Shown: piece by piece, positions 26,521 through 39,920 of the stretch
How the letters are laid out: every line of letters begins with the position of its first letter
Position numbering within the stretch: the first letter of the stretch is position 1
Origin: Octopus sinensis
Lineage: Eukaryota
DNA: 64,000 nt
Assembly: GCF_006345805.1 (NCBI RefSeq)
Contig: NC_042998.1
Span: 105,586,001 to 105,650,000, forward strand
Reading direction: 5' to 3'
Notes under the pieces: model-generated
Database searches by the model: none
Seen by the model: only the letters and a program-made list of their open reading frames with translations
Told to the model about the DNA's origin: nothing
Made by a program: the position numbers and the translations under genes

Positions 26521-27119
26521 TCATCATCATTTAATATCCATGTTCCATGCCAGCCTGCGACATGGATATTAAATGGAGTGGATGATGAGTATATAATGTA
26601 CAAATTACTTTGTTTCTATTCTAGTTTTATGAGGAGCTATGTTAATATTAATTGTGTACAACTGGTCAGCACACAACATACTTTATAGTAAACCATCAAG
26701 ACAGGAAAGAGTGTAACATCAATAAATGAATGAATGACTACAGAACAAGAGTTATGCATTCACTTTCATTGGCTTATAACTGTAAGTCAATGAAAGTAAT
26801 TACATGACTTCTGTTCTTTTCTCATTCATTCAGATAGACATACACACACATGCATATATATATATATATGTCGATGTGTGTGCATGTATAAATTGATAAG
26901 CATATACATATGTAAGTATGTATGTATGTATGTATGTATGTATGTATGTATGTATGTATGTATGTATGTATGTATGTATGTTTGTATGTATGTATGTATG
27001 TATGTATGTATGTATGTATGTATTATGTATGTATATGTGCAGATTTGTATGTTTTGCTTTATGTATGTATTCTCAAGCATGTAGTTGCATATCTAGACAT
27101 GCTAATATATATTTAAAGG

Positions 27120-28760
27120 ATAAGCTTCTGGAAAGTTTTACAGACTTTTACAGTTCCAGTGATGGATTGGATCTGCAGTCTTCAAATTAGCTTTCTCCTT
27201 TCTGGTTTAGAGAAGCTTAATTTCTCAAGATTCGTATTTAGGCAGTGTTACATATCTCAAGGTTCCAATAATTACAAGTATAAACCTGAACTTGTAATCT
27301 AGATAGAGTAACTGCAGATTTTTCAATAGTTCAGCACAGGTATTCTCTTTTTCACTGAACTTCAGCTTTATACTAACATCCACTGTGCAGCTAATTTCCA
27401 CAACTGTACACAGTTTCTCTTCTCTATCCCAAATCATTATATCAGGTCCATTGTGCTTACATTTTTTGAGGTTTTCAATGTGACATTCCACCAGTATTCC
27501 TTTTTAATATGAATGGCTATGGCTTCTATCATACTGTGAATTCTTATTTCTTTGTCCTCTGGGTTATCCTTCCAACAGATTTCATGATAGAGTATCCTAG
27601 CGACAACATTATATCTCATAGGTAAATAATACCATGATGACATTTTCGGACAACTACTATCTTCAGTGTGAACTCTACAAAGTCTGCATTGATTGTCACA
27701 TTTTACTGCTTTCCCTGCATCTCTATTCCTTTTGTGCATCAGGTATTTGGTTGATATTTCCTATTCCTGAATTGCAAATGCATATCCATCAAAGTGGGAG
27801 GTAGTAATCCAGTTGTTGGTCCATGATGGACTGCTTTATTATCATTACGGAGTTTTCTACAGACATATCCATGCATAGTCTTCTGCTCATGCATGCTCAT
27901 CCTTTCATCTGATGATACATTGTGGTAGATTCATGCAACTTCTTTGGGCATATATTTAAAGTTATCAAACAAGGAATGTTGCTCAAGGAGCTGCCTTCCA
28001 AACCTTATGATGTTATCAGCCTCATGTATGCAAACTAGGTCAAGGGATGCACTTCAACACTTGGTGGTTAAAAGATGTTGCCAAAGAGATGTGATACAAT
28101 GTTCAAAAGCATTTTGGATCAATATTAAGCCTCTTCCACCTTGTTTTCATTTTAAGTAGAACCGGTCTGCATCACTGTTTATCTGGAAATTATGTGTGCT
28201 TGTTAGATTTTTCCGGGTTTTCACATCAATGGCTTGGATCTCATCAAGCATCCAATCAAGCAGCCCAAATGTTAATATGGGTACTAGCACTGCAAACACA
28301 TTGTGGGCCACTGTTTTATTGAATGCAGAGATTTCTGAGGTCTAAATTTTCGTTATTCAACTGTAATATTCCTTATTCATATGTGTTTTGTTATAGATGC
28401 CATTGTAAACTATGTTTTCATCCATCCCTAGATACCTGCAACATTCCTTGTTAGATATATGAGAAAGAGTCATGTCACTGATGGAGATGCTGCTAGTTCG
28501 GTTTACAGTTTTATTCTTTCCACAACCATATAACAACATTTATCCAGATCAGACTCCAACCCTACATCCTTTGAGGATGTGGTAACTAGGTCAAGGCTCT
28601 TTTACATCTCATGCATATTCATTGCATAAAGTTACAAGTCATCCACAAAGAAACAGAGATATCCTTCAGACTCCCGTAATATGAATGACAAGGGGTTTAC
28701 AGAAAGTATAAACAACATCACAGAGAGGCTATCCCTTTGGAATATGCCTTTGCAATATTG
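27120..28760 (-). mobile_element. Decayed RLE-type (R2-superfamily) LINE, 3' portion: RT end, zinc knuckle, restriction-like endonuclease
   Basis: [25 protein letters not shown]; CRLCRVHTE..SSC..MRYNVVAR; PDIMIWDREEKLCTVVEISC..VIIGTL. Protein-level divergent from the 42-45 kb element. Confidence 0.85.
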
Positions 28761-28854
28761 TATGTATATATGTATGTCTGTCTGTCTGTATGTATGTATG
28801 TATGTATGTATGTATGTATGTATGTATGTATGTATGTACGTACGTACGTATGTA

Positions 28855-29003
28855 TGCCATAAGGTCTGCAAATCTAATGCAGGCCTCAAAAGACATTTTA
28901 AGATCCACAAAGATCAGAACTTAGCTGCAGCTCTTAGTAGTCCAAATCAGATATGCAATCTATGTGGGTGTCTTTTCAAAATATTGTCTGGTTTTAAGGT
29001 CTA
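28855..29003 (+). pseudogene. Fragment with two C2H2-like zinc fingers, probably a LINE ORF2 C-terminus
   Basis: [18 protein letters not shown]...CNLCGCLFKILSGFKV*; starts abruptly at an (ATGT)n tract. Confidence 0.45.
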
Positions 29004-29085
29004 GGTACAGTACAGGAGGTGGTCAAACTTTGCATAAGGAGTAGATAACCACCATGTGTGTATACACACATGTATACATACATAC

Positions 29086-29179
<94 letters not shown>

Positions 29180-29307
29180 TATATATTATATATTATATAT
29201 ACATGAGTCATCTAAGAGACCATAAGTCAGGGAAAATATCCACTTGTATATCTGTCAATAGAGTGGGTATATCATCTGAAATATGTAGAGTATTATATAT
29301 CCATCAT

Positions 29308-29400
29308 GGCTGATATCATCAATCGGTTTCATGCAAGGAGTACAAAGGAGTGTTAGGTAACCATCCAATAATATATCCTTATACTCATCAGAGTTAGCCA
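29308..29400 (-). ncRNA. Degenerate type I hammerhead ribozyme motif
   Basis: CUGAUGA (29391-29385), stem II GUAUAAGGA/UCCUUGCAU, GAAA (29330-29327); stem III and cleavage region altered. Confidence 0.45.
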
Positions 29401-30249
29401 ATATGAAAGGGAATATGGCAACTGCTTTCTATTGTTGGAGATTGACTAACACATCTGGTTTGTGGCTGCTGTGAAAAGGGCGATGAAACTGAAAAAGAGC
29501 CAGGGGATTAGGTTATAAGCTATGCCCTTTGGTTGGATATGCTGTTATGCAGGTAAGAGTTATCTTGAAGTGTTTGTGGGGGAAAGTATACATTGTTAAG
29601 TATGGTGCTCTTGTGAGGATGGGGTGTGTGATATGTGTAGTGATGTCATATGCATAATTTTTTTCCAGGAATGTAAGTATAAATGGTTGTGTTTGTTGCT
29701 CTGTTTTCTTTCTGTATTGGTTAAGGTCGTGGTGTGGTCTTATGTTAGCATGCGGTGTGTAATGAGTGTGTGTGTGGCGGGGTCTATATATATATGTGGG
29801 AGTACAATGTGTGTGAAGGGGTATATGTTGGTGGGGAGACAGTCTATTTTGTGGGGTGTCCACCTATGGGGGGGTGTACATGGGTGCATTGGTGTGTACT
29901 TTGGTTAAACTCTTTGCTGGGCCTGAGGGTATTGGGGGAAGGTTGAGGCAAGAGACCTGTGGTTGTAATCATGGTGGGGCATGCAGGTACTTCCTTTCAT
30001 GTGGGCAAAGATTAAAGACTTCACTCCTGCTATTCAGGTAAATTGCTCTCTTTTCAGCCAGACACAACCTGCACTTCTTCCTGCTATTAAAGTACGGTTT
30101 ACATTTCTCCAGGATCTTCCACTTTATGCTGTACTCTGTGACTCTGTGATGCATGCTAACCTACCCCCCCCCCTTACACACACCTTAACCAATACAGAAA
30201 GAAAACAGAGCAATGAACAGAGAGCAGTCACCATATTCCCTTTTATATT

Positions 30250-30340
30250 GGTTAACTCTGATTAATGTAGGGTTATATTAATAGGACTGTTACCTAAAAC
30301 TCCATTGTATTCCATGCACTAAACTGATTGGTCAGCCGTG
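30250..30340 (+). ncRNA. Degenerate type I hammerhead ribozyme motif (inverted partner)
   Basis: CUGAUUA (30258-30264), stem II, UAAAC-UGAUU-GGUC-AG (GUC at 30331-30333); two core substitutions. Confidence 0.45.
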
Positions 30341-30367
30341 TTGGATATATACTACTGTACATTTCAG

Positions 30368-30405
<38 letters not shown>

Positions 30406-32120
30406 GTTACATTAAGAAGCAGTGTGTGGTACCAGAATTTTTAATTGAGTCAAATATAGCAAACTACACCAAATCATTGTAAGAGTATCTGCATAAGTGG
30501 AGCCAAAACTGGTGAGTTTGAATTGGTATTGAGTCATTTCATTGTTATGACTATAGATGTGTGTGTGTGTGTTATTGATTACAGAATATTATTAAAGCTT
30601 ATGCCCTTCAAAGGAGCAGTTTCAGGGTGAATGGTGAACGTGTTGTACTCAAGAGTGTGCTTTGTGTATGCAATAGAAATGTAAGTATTGTAATGTAAAC
30701 ATCTGTAGAAAATAGTGTTATGGACCCCTTTGTATGTATGTAAATTTAAGTATGAACTGTCACAAGGAATCTCATCTGACACTCTACAATTCTACCAATG
30801 CACCATCCTGAACTTGTATTATATTTGACCGACCCAAAAGGGATATAATGCAACATTAACATTGATAAGATGTGAACTCAGACTGCAGGAGGCTGGAACA
30901 AATAACTCAAGGCATTTTATCCAATGATCTATTGATTCTGCCAATGCCAATTTGTTGCCTTTGCTAGTATCGAGGCCAGCAACATCGATCCAGCTGTAAA
31001 GTTGTAAAAATGTTGTGTGACATAAAAGCACCATAATCTGATAATGCTGTTTCTAAAGAAACTGTACTGGTTGTCTCTAAATAAGGAGAGACACTTAAGA
31101 TGATGAAAGAGGTTTTTATTGTTGTTGAAATGGAACTAAGCAAGCACTTCTCACATCCTACGCAAAACACTATCAATTTAGTTGTACTACCGACACAGCG
31201 CATATTCTACACACTTAGCATACAACATATACACAACACAGTTACCACCCAATAGTATAAGACACTGCCCACACAACACATGCTCTTTGTAATCATCACT
31301 CAATAAAATAAAATAACATACACTCTTAAATAATTGACAACCAACATTACAGCATCTAACAGACAACTAACAAACCACAAAACTCATATTCCACACAATT
31401 ACCTACCAATTTTATAACATGCTCCACATGATACATTCTCTACAGATTCACCATCTGACACTAAAACACATGACATAGCTCACAACACCAGAAACATGTA
31501 AGTAACTCCAGAAGCAACAAAACAAACAGGATAGTAAAGCAAGTCAGATGCAGAACACAAACGCAGAGCTACACTTCATTATTAGCAATATAATTAGTAT
31601 TAGTTCAGGATAGCAATTTGCATATTGTACTAAATGTGTATTTACTGTAGAAAGCCCCAACACTGCAGTATTCTTCTTGAGAAAGCATCACATGAAGACG
31701 TATGGTGTTGAAAAACATTGATATCCATAGTTTTGTCTTCAATATTATACATCTATTAAGATGCTTTCTCAACTGAATACTGCAGTGCTGTGGCTTTCAT
31801 TCATGTTAAGTAAAATATACAGATAGCTACAATAGTGCACACATTTCAGAAACGCACAGGTACTCCTTGTAGAAGCAATATGCTTTGACAGTAGACAGTT
31901 GATAGCTTTTGGTGAAGTTGGTTAGATCCAGGTTAATCCTGATCATCAGGCCTCTTTTCAAAAGCTATGATCATTCTGTCATTTTTTCACAGACGTATTA
32001 TATGTAAAACTACATTATGTTAATATGTCAATGTGTCCTTATATTTTTAAGACAATAAGGCTTTTATTTGATAAATATTATTTGGTTGTTATTTCTAGCT
32101 GGGTTAGTGACCACATAGAG

Positions 32121-32302
32121 CAACGTTTCTCAACTGGTGTTCTGCATAAGGTTCCTAGAGGTACCTAAAGAAAGAGTGAAATAAGCTAATGCTAACTTCA
32201 TGATCATAATATTACTATACATGCACAACATATTATTGGTTATTGTAATATAGACATCATTCTATCTAACCTATTATGTTAACAAAAAATTATAACAACC
32301 AC

Positions 32303-32335
<33 letters not shown>

Positions 32336-32499
32336 CACACACGCACACACACACACATATATATGATATTTACCATGTGAACTACGATGAAAAAAATATG
32401 AGGAAGATATGGTGTATAATTGTTTTTTGTGCAGGGGTTCCTTGAGACATGTAATTTATTTTAAGGGTTACACAAAGGTAAAAAGGTTAAGAAACACTA
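32121..32499. mobile_element. Non-autonomous hAT (Charlie-like) element with perfect 8-bp TSD
   Basis: TIRs CAACGTTTCTCAAC / GTTAAGAAACACTA; TSD ACATAGAG at 32113-32120 and 32500-32507. Confidence 0.85.
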
Positions 32500-32789
32500 A
32501 CATAGAGTGTTACTGTTAGCACTGGTTATTTTAAAGGTGGATGTTTCATTGCAGACAACAATGTTTATGATTGTATTTGTTGTTCATAGTGGTGGGATAG
32601 TGTAGTGGTTTTGGTGCTGGTGGTGGTGATGTTGGTGATGGTGGTGTTAATGCTGGAGGTTGTGGTAATAATAGTAGTGATAGTCATACTAATATTGGTA
32701 ATGCCAGCATGAATATGGCTGATGGTAATTTCATCTACAGTGATTAGAGTGGTGAGGTGGTAATGATAAAGAGCAGTAGTAAATTTTTT

Positions 32790-33190
32790 TATCAGTTTTA
32801 GTCATTAGACTGTGGCCATGCTGGAGCACTGCCTTGAAGAATTTTTTGGTCAAATGAATGGAACTCAGTACTTGCTTTTTAAGTCTGGTACTTATTCTAT
32901 CAGTCACTGCTACTGAACTGCTAAGTTATGGGGATGTAACCAAACCAGCCCCAGTTGTCAAGTGATGGTGGGAGACAAACACAGGCAAAGACACATACAT
33001 ATATATATATAGACAGATACAAATATACAATGGGCTTCTTTCAGTTTCATGTGCCTAATCCACTTACAAGGCTTTGGTCTGTCTGAGGCAATGGTAGAAG
33101 ACACTTACCCAAGGTGTTACATATTGGGACTGAACTTGGAACCATGTGGTTGGGAAGCAAGATCCTTACCACACAGCCACACCTGCACCT
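32790..33190 (-). mobile_element. SINE family B
   Basis: Reverse complement of the family B head, body and tail. Confidence 0.8.
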
Positions 33191-33629
33191 ATAATGTTAA
33201 TGTTTAATCCTTGGTGATTCTTGATTGAGTAAATCTATAATAAAAGGTGTTTTAGCTATGACTATTCCATACCTTAGTTCATCTAGAATTACAGTGTTCA
33301 ATGTGTCCTTCTTTATTTCAAGATGGCAAGAAATAATTCGAAAGAGCTTGGCTGTTATTTCCTACAAGTTCAGTGATCTCTGCCATAAAGGTACCTAGTC
33401 GGTTCATATTTGTGTTATTGTTGCTATCATTTAATTCTGGCATTCCAGCTGTGACCATCCCATTTTTTGTACATCTATGACTACATTGTCTAAAGTGTCC
33501 ATACTTTTCTGAGATGCCAGAGTATATTTGAGGGTGTTTGGTTGCTATTTTTGCATGAGTATACTGTGGTTCTACTATTGGCTTACTGTTGTTGTTGTTG
33601 CTGTTGTTATTATTTTTTGTTGAAAAAGG

Positions 33630-33860
33630 CAGTGAGCAGGCAAAATCGTTACTGCACTGGGCAAAATGTTTAGTAGCATTTTATCTGTTTTTAATTCTGA
33701 GTTCAAATTTCACTGAGGTCAACTTTGCCTTTCCTACTTTCAAGGTCAATAACACAAGTATCAGTCAAGGACGGAGGCGGGAGGCACTGAGATCAATGTA
33801 ACTGGCTTACCTCCCCCACCCCAAAATTGCTGGCCTTGTGCCAAAATTTGAAACCACTAT
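33630..33860 (+). mobile_element. SINE family A
   Basis: Family A head, core and tail. Confidence 0.75.
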
Positions 33861-34069
33861 TATTTAATGAAAAGTTGGCCTTCATTGAGTAGACCCATCA
33901 TCAAGAGTTTTCCAGCCTTGAATATCCCACCTTTTCCTAATGTGCAGGAAGTTCAATATTACATTTTTTAAAACTGGATCTAGTTTGTAGGAAATTTGGC
34001 TGCTATTTCTACCAGGTCAAGTGATCACAAAGAAACATTGGTCATTATTGTTGTTGTTGCTGTACAATG

Positions 34070-34280
34070 CAGTGAGCTGGCAGAATCATTAGCATGCCAG
34101 GCGAATTTCTTAACAGTATTTCATCTGTCATCACATTCTGAGTTCAAATGCCGCCAGGGTCGACCTTGCCTTTCATCCTTTCGAGTCAATAAATTAAGTA
34201 CCAGTTATGCACTGGGGTCGATGTAATCGACTGGTCCCCTCCCCCAAAATGTCAGGCCTTGTGCTTATAGTAGAAAGGAT
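34070..34280 (+). mobile_element. SINE family A
   Basis: Family A head, core and tail. Further copies at about 36315-36470(-), 39410-39520(-), 45050-45190(-), 45360-45450(-), 46160-46370(+). Confidence 0.8.
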
Positions 34281-35039
34281 TATTGTCATTGCTGTGGATG
34301 CTGCTATTGTTATTGTAGTTATTGATGATAGTGTTATTTTCAGTTGCATTATTGAGCGATATTGGTGTTATATTTGTTGTTGATTGTGTTGCTGAATATA
34401 TCACCTTCATCAATACATTCATTTTACCTAGTTTTACAGTTCCATAAATATTTATGCAATGTAACACTCATTATCGGAAGCTTTCATATTTTACATCTCA
34501 CATCTATATTTTGTTATGATAACAATAGACCGAAATTAGGCGTGTACTATGTATGTTATTTTTATGCATAGTGTATGTGTGTGTGTGTGTGTGTGTGCGT
34601 GTGTCTTTGTGCATATGGGGAATTTGTATAGCAAGCACTTCATTTTGCATATGGGTATATATGTGTGTTTATACATGTGTGTATATGTGTGATGCTGTGG
34701 GATGGACTAAACAGAGATGTATGTTTTATATATAATGGGAGCAAATCAATAGGTTAAATATGTGTATTTGTATGCATAATGAATATTTGTGTGTTGGAGC
34801 GGATGTGTGAAGGCATATATAGATAGATAGGTAGATAGATAGATAGATATATACATACACACACACATATATATATATATGTATGAATATATGTGTGCAT
34901 GCATGTGTGTGTGTGTGTGTGTGCGTACATGAATATGTTGGAGCAGATGTATAGTGTGAATGTCCATTTTGTTTTAATGTGTGCACATACATGAGGAGGA
35001 GGAGGAAAGGAAAGGGACGATGGTAATGTGCTAATGGTG

Positions 35040-35184
35040 ATGAAAATGAAGGCTCTGTCGTTGTTGTTGTTGTTGTTGATGTTGGTGGTGGTGGTGGTGG
35101 TGGTGGTGGTGGTGGTGGTGGTGGTGGTGTCAGTAGCTGTGGTGGTGATGGTGGCGATGCTGGTGCTGGTGCTGGTGCTGGTTG

Positions 35185-35215
<31 letters not shown>

Positions 35216-35400
35216 GGTGGTGGTGCTGGTGGTGGTGCTGCTGGTGCTGGTGATGCTGATGGTGGTACTGGTGTTGGTGGTGGTGCTGGTGCTGATGTTG
35301 GTGCTGGTGGTGCTGGTGCTGGTGGTGGTGCTGCTGGTGGTGGTGGTGGTGGTGGTGGTGGTAGTGGTGCTGGTAATTATGATGATAACACTCATCACCA
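35040..35400 (+). repeat. (GGT)n/(GGTGCT)n low-complexity tract
   Basis: Direct; source of the 204-aa and 270-aa artefactual ORFs. Confidence 0.9.
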
Positions 35401-35679
35401 TTGTGCTAATGATCATGATGGTATCAGTTGTCGCTGCCATTACTGTCATCATCGTCATTACCATTTTAATGGCTGTTTTTATTCCATATTGGTATAAATT
35501 CAATGGATCTTCCCGGCAATATTTCTCCATTTTTATCCTTGTGGATGCACATAGACTCAAGCACATCTGTAGTATGCATATGGGATATGGCTATGTGATA
35601 TGTATATGTTTTCATGCATTTGAATGTATAGGACTGCAGTGAATATGAAATGTGGCTGAAGCTATCAAACTACATAATT

Positions 35680-35710
<31 letters not shown>

Positions 35711-36534
35711 TACACACACACACACGCACACACACACATGCATACACAAACATATGCACACACACATATATGGATAATTTATTACACTTTGGCCAGTTAC
35801 CACACTGCCTTCGCTATTCCACTTTTAGTGACAATAGACTTTGTTCTTCCATTTTTGCCATTCCTATTCCTATCTTCAGATAAAGTCCAATCTATATCTC
35901 TCTACAACTAGCTCCCTGTGCTAGTGGCATGTAAAAAAAGCACCGTATGAACGTGGTTGATATCAGTGCCCCCTGACAAGCATCATCTGAATGTGGTCGA
36001 TGCCAGTGCCGCCTAACAGGCTGCTGTGCTGGTAGCATGTAAAAAGCACCATCCTAATGTGGTTGATGCCAGCTTGATGGGTCTTCTTCTCAAGCCTGAC
36101 ATAATGCCAAAGGTCTCGGTCATTGCCCTTGTGAGGCCCAACACTCGAAAGAAACTCAGCCACTTTGCATCCATGAAACCTAACACTTGAAAGGAACCCA
36201 GCCGCTCTGCCTCCGTGAGGTCCAAAACTCGAATGATGTTCTCTATGTGCCACCAGCATGGGTACACTTGGCTTGGCAGGCCACCACCTAATAATAATGA
36301 TGATAACAATAATAAACCTTTCTACTTAAGGCTCAAGGCCTGAAATTTATGGGGAGGGGACTAGTCGATTACACTGACCCCAGTGTTTCACTGGTACTTA
36401 ATTTATCAACCCTGAAAGGATGAAAGGCAAAGTTGACCCTAGCAGAAATTGAAGTCAGAACGTAAAATAATTGAAATGATAATAATGATAATAATCTAGC
36501 TGATTGGCAACTGTTGGTGCAAAGAAGGTGAAAT

Positions 36535-37545
36535 CAATGGCAAAGATAAGTGTATATGAACAATTGGCTAATAGGTGGGAACAAAAACCTCTGCATGACA
36601 AATATGTAGCCTGTAGCAAACAAGCAGTAGACCAGGAAGCACAATCCATCAGTGGCTCCAGAGCTCAGGGCTAGAGGCAGAGAGCAAATACTTCATCTTA
36701 GCTGCCCAGGACCAAAGCTTATTGATCCAAGCCAATGTGATGAAAAATGGAGTACACTCAAAGTACTGATATTGCAATGATTAGATTGAAACAGCGGAAC
36801 ACTTAATCTGCAGTTGTGAAGTTTTAGCACCTACAGAATATAAACCAAGACATGACAGAGTTGGCTAATATTAAGACTAGTTAATATGTCAGCATTATAA
36901 AACCCAAACTGCTGACAAATGATATAAGCACCACACAGAACCCAGAGGCTGGAACAGAGGGAGAAAATGTGATAATTCTTTGTGACTTTCAATAACATTC
37001 CGGCAAAACCATCGAAGTTAATAAACTGGATATTGTTGCGAAAGACCAAAACAATAAAGTCTGTGTGATCATAATATCTCAGCAAAAGAATTTGGCAAGC
37101 TTAGGAAATATAAAGATTCACTCATTAAAATTGAAAAAATGAGGCATCTCAAGTGATTGAGAAAGCACGTGGAATGATTGATAAAGGAACTGACAATTAT
37201 TTGAGAATGATCCTTGGCTTACCACCCATGCAAGAAGTGCAAAAGATTATCTTAGCTGGTGCAACACACATATTGAGAAGAGCATTGTTGCTGTGAATTT
37301 TCTTTCATTTTCCCTCCTTTTTTATTTATTTTCATTTTTTATTTCTATTTTCTATTATTTATTTTTCCCCTTTTCTCTCTTTCTATTTTCCCCTTGTTTT
37401 CTATCACATAACTTGACTTTGTAAATGAATAATTTGATGTGTTTAGTTTAATGGCCCAGCAATGTATGCAGTGAGTTTTATGTCCTAGGTGTCAGGAAGA
37501 CACTTGGCAAGAAATAGAAACAAAATTGAAAGGAAAAGAAAATAA
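36535..37545 (+). mobile_element. Old 3' fragment of the R4/Dong-like LINE family
   Basis: Collinear with about 44020-44997 (EQLANRWEQKPLH..RHDRV..TIEVNKLDIVAKDQN..); shares the 3' UTR CTAGG..GAAGACACTTGGCAAGAAAT and ends at AATAATAATAAT. Confidence 0.85.
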
Positions 37546-37559
37546 TAATAATGAGGAGG

Positions 37560-38295
37560 AGGATAATGGGAACACCTTGTTTAGATCAAAGAACTACATA
37601 TTATGAATGAGGTTGAACAATTCTGGTAAAATATATGGAACAGTAAAAAAATAAACAATAAAGAAACTGAATGGATTAATAGAGAATGAGAGCTATTAAC
37701 TATCAGGAATGGCAAGAAACAGAGCTGTCAGAGCTAAGGTAGGCACTTAGTAAAGTACACAAATGCAAATCACCTGGAATTAACCAAACACCTAACTTTT
37801 GGTTAAATGCACTCACAGGAATGCATAAAGAACTTGCTGGTGCTAATGAAATTGTGTTTATAATACAAAAGTCAAATAAAACCCTTAAACAGTTGACAGA
37901 AGGTACAACCAAAACAGCTGAAGACAAAAAACAACATTTGGTCCAATGACCTGTCTCACTATGACCTACAAACTCCTGACATATATACTATTCAAGCAAG
38001 AACAAAAAGGAGGAAAGCAGAACTCGTATTGGTACAAATACCAACTATTAAGTAATATATAGATTCTAGAAAATTGTTGGTCCAAAAAGAGAAATCAAAC
38101 CACTACTTTAATTGATTATAAGAAAGCCTATGGCAGAGTACCATATGAATGGATACTGGAAGCCCTAGAAATTCACAAGCTATCTCCCATAATATGAACC
38201 AGCATGACAAAATGGAAGTACAACCCTCTTGCTAAACCATAACAAAGGAATCATACAGTCAGATAAACTTAAAATTAATTGTGGAATATTTGAAA
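37560..38295 (+). mobile_element. Decayed RLE-LINE RT fragment
   Basis: PMTCLTMTYKLLT, QLL...ILEN, IDYKKAYGRVPYEWILEALEI, KINCGIF (RT motifs also present in the 42-45 kb ORF). Confidence 0.7.
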
Positions 38296-38705
38296 TCTTG
38301 TAAACTTAGCATTTATGAAATCCAAAAGATAGTTCTGACAAATTCCACCCACCTATTTCGTAAATATTTGACTTTGTAATATATATATATCAACACACAA
38401 TCTTTTCTGTTTAATTTTTATATTAAATTTAATTGATACTTGATATCATTCAAGTATCCTCAATGCAGAATTAACTTGTATCTTTTATGCTCTTTTATAT
38501 ATCATTTTTACCCTCTGGCCTACCTTTCTATACTCATTTTCTGTTTGTTTTACCTATAAACTTTTGTGATGTGACTTGTTAAATGAATGAAAATAAAAGA
38601 CTGTCAAAACAAATGATGCCAGCCTTAAGTCTCTGGTTGATACTCAGTAGTCATTGCATATAAAGTGAAATCAAACAAGAAAATCAATGATGATGGTGAT
38701 GATGA

Positions 38706-38736
<31 letters not shown>

Positions 38737-38759
38737 AGCAGTTTCTAATTTAGGCACAT

Positions 38760-39380
38760 TCTTTTATTCTTTTATTTGTTTAAGTCATTTGACTGTGGCC
38801 ATGCTGGAGCACCACCTTTAGTCAAACACATCAACCCCAGGACTTATTCTTTGTAAGCTTAGTACTTATTCTATTGGTTTCATTTGCTGTACTTCTAAGT
38901 TACGGAGACGTAAACACACCAGTATTTGATGTCAAGTGAGGGTGGCAGGGACAAGTACAAACACACAAATAGATACATATTTATATACAGGGTTGCCCAA
39001 AAGTCACTTTACAGTAAATCAAAACCATTTAATTCTGAGGTTTATTTATATTTAGCAATGGAACGAATTTAATAAAAGCATCTAAATATTAAGCATCATG
39101 AAAATTGTTCAAACAGAAGACGTTGAGCTGCACATTTTTCCATTCAAGCCAATACAGAATTACAGATAGTATTTATGGAATTTTGATTTACTTTTGGGTG
39201 ACTTCTGTTCAACCCTGAATTTATACAATGTGCTTCTTTCAGTTTCCATCAACCAAATCCACTTACAAGGCTTTGGTTAGCCCAAGGTTATGGTAGAAGA
39301 CAGTTGCCCAAGGTGGAACTGAACCTAGAACTATGTGGTTGGTAAGTAAGCTTCTTACCACTCAGCCACTTCTGCACCTA
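38760..39380 (-). mobile_element. SINE family B split by a nested Tc1/mariner-like MITE
   Basis: Family B 3' part at about 38760-38970 and 5' part at about 39230-39380. Confidence 0.75.
38988..39207. mobile_element. Tc1/mariner-like MITE
   Basis: TA|CAGGGTTGCCCAAAAGTCAC with a degenerate right TIR TTACTTTTGGGTGACTTCTG; right TA not preserved. Confidence 0.5.
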
Positions 39381-39585
39381 TGGCTTTTTTTTTTTTTTGA
39401 GAAGAGTGGGTTAGTTGTTAGTATAAACCCCAGCACTTAACAAGTACTTTCTTATATCAACCTGAAAGGATGAAAAGCAAAGCTACCCTCATCTGAATTT
39501 GGACTCAGAATGGAAAATGCAACATTTTGCATTCTGAGTCAAGCATATTTTTTCCCTTTGATGTAACAATCCCTGTCAGCTCCCC

Positions 39586-39671
<86 letters not shown>

Positions 39672-39739
39672 GGGAGAGAAGAAAGAAAGAGAGACAGAAA
39701 GAGAGAGAGAAAGAAAGAAAGAAAGAAAGAAAGAATCAT

Positions 39740-39920
39740 GGAAAAAGAGAAAAGGCTGATAAATAGGGAGAGCTGAAAATTGAGATTGCTAAGATGTGGC
39801 AGCTACACGAGTCAAACATACAGATTATCCCTATTGTCATCGGAGCATTGGGTTCAATACCACCCAATCTGAAAAAACATCTGAAAACTTTAAAAATACC
39901 CTACAATCTAGGTGTACTGC
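39740..39920 (+). mobile_element. RLE-LINE extreme C-terminal fragment
   Basis: KADK*GELKIEIAKMWQL..IIPIVIGALGSIPPNLKKHL; lies just downstream of (AAT)n 39588-39670. Confidence 0.65.

Larger units (their letters stand above)
29255..30370 (-). mobile_element. 5'-truncated Penelope-like element with inverted terminal pseudo-LTRs
   Basis: YSIKWKILEKCKPYFNSRKKCRLCLAEKRAIYLNSRSEVFNLCPHERKYL (29969-30154). About 29270-29440 is an inverted homologue of about 30200-30370 (AGCAGT..CCATATTCCCTTT.ATATTGG.TAACTCTGAT). Confidence 0.75.

Noticed and set aside
30819-31203. Strong minus-strand acceptor near 30995 followed by WIDVAGLDTSKGNKLALAESIDHWIKCLE
   Set aside because: No convincing donor or homology; left unresolved.
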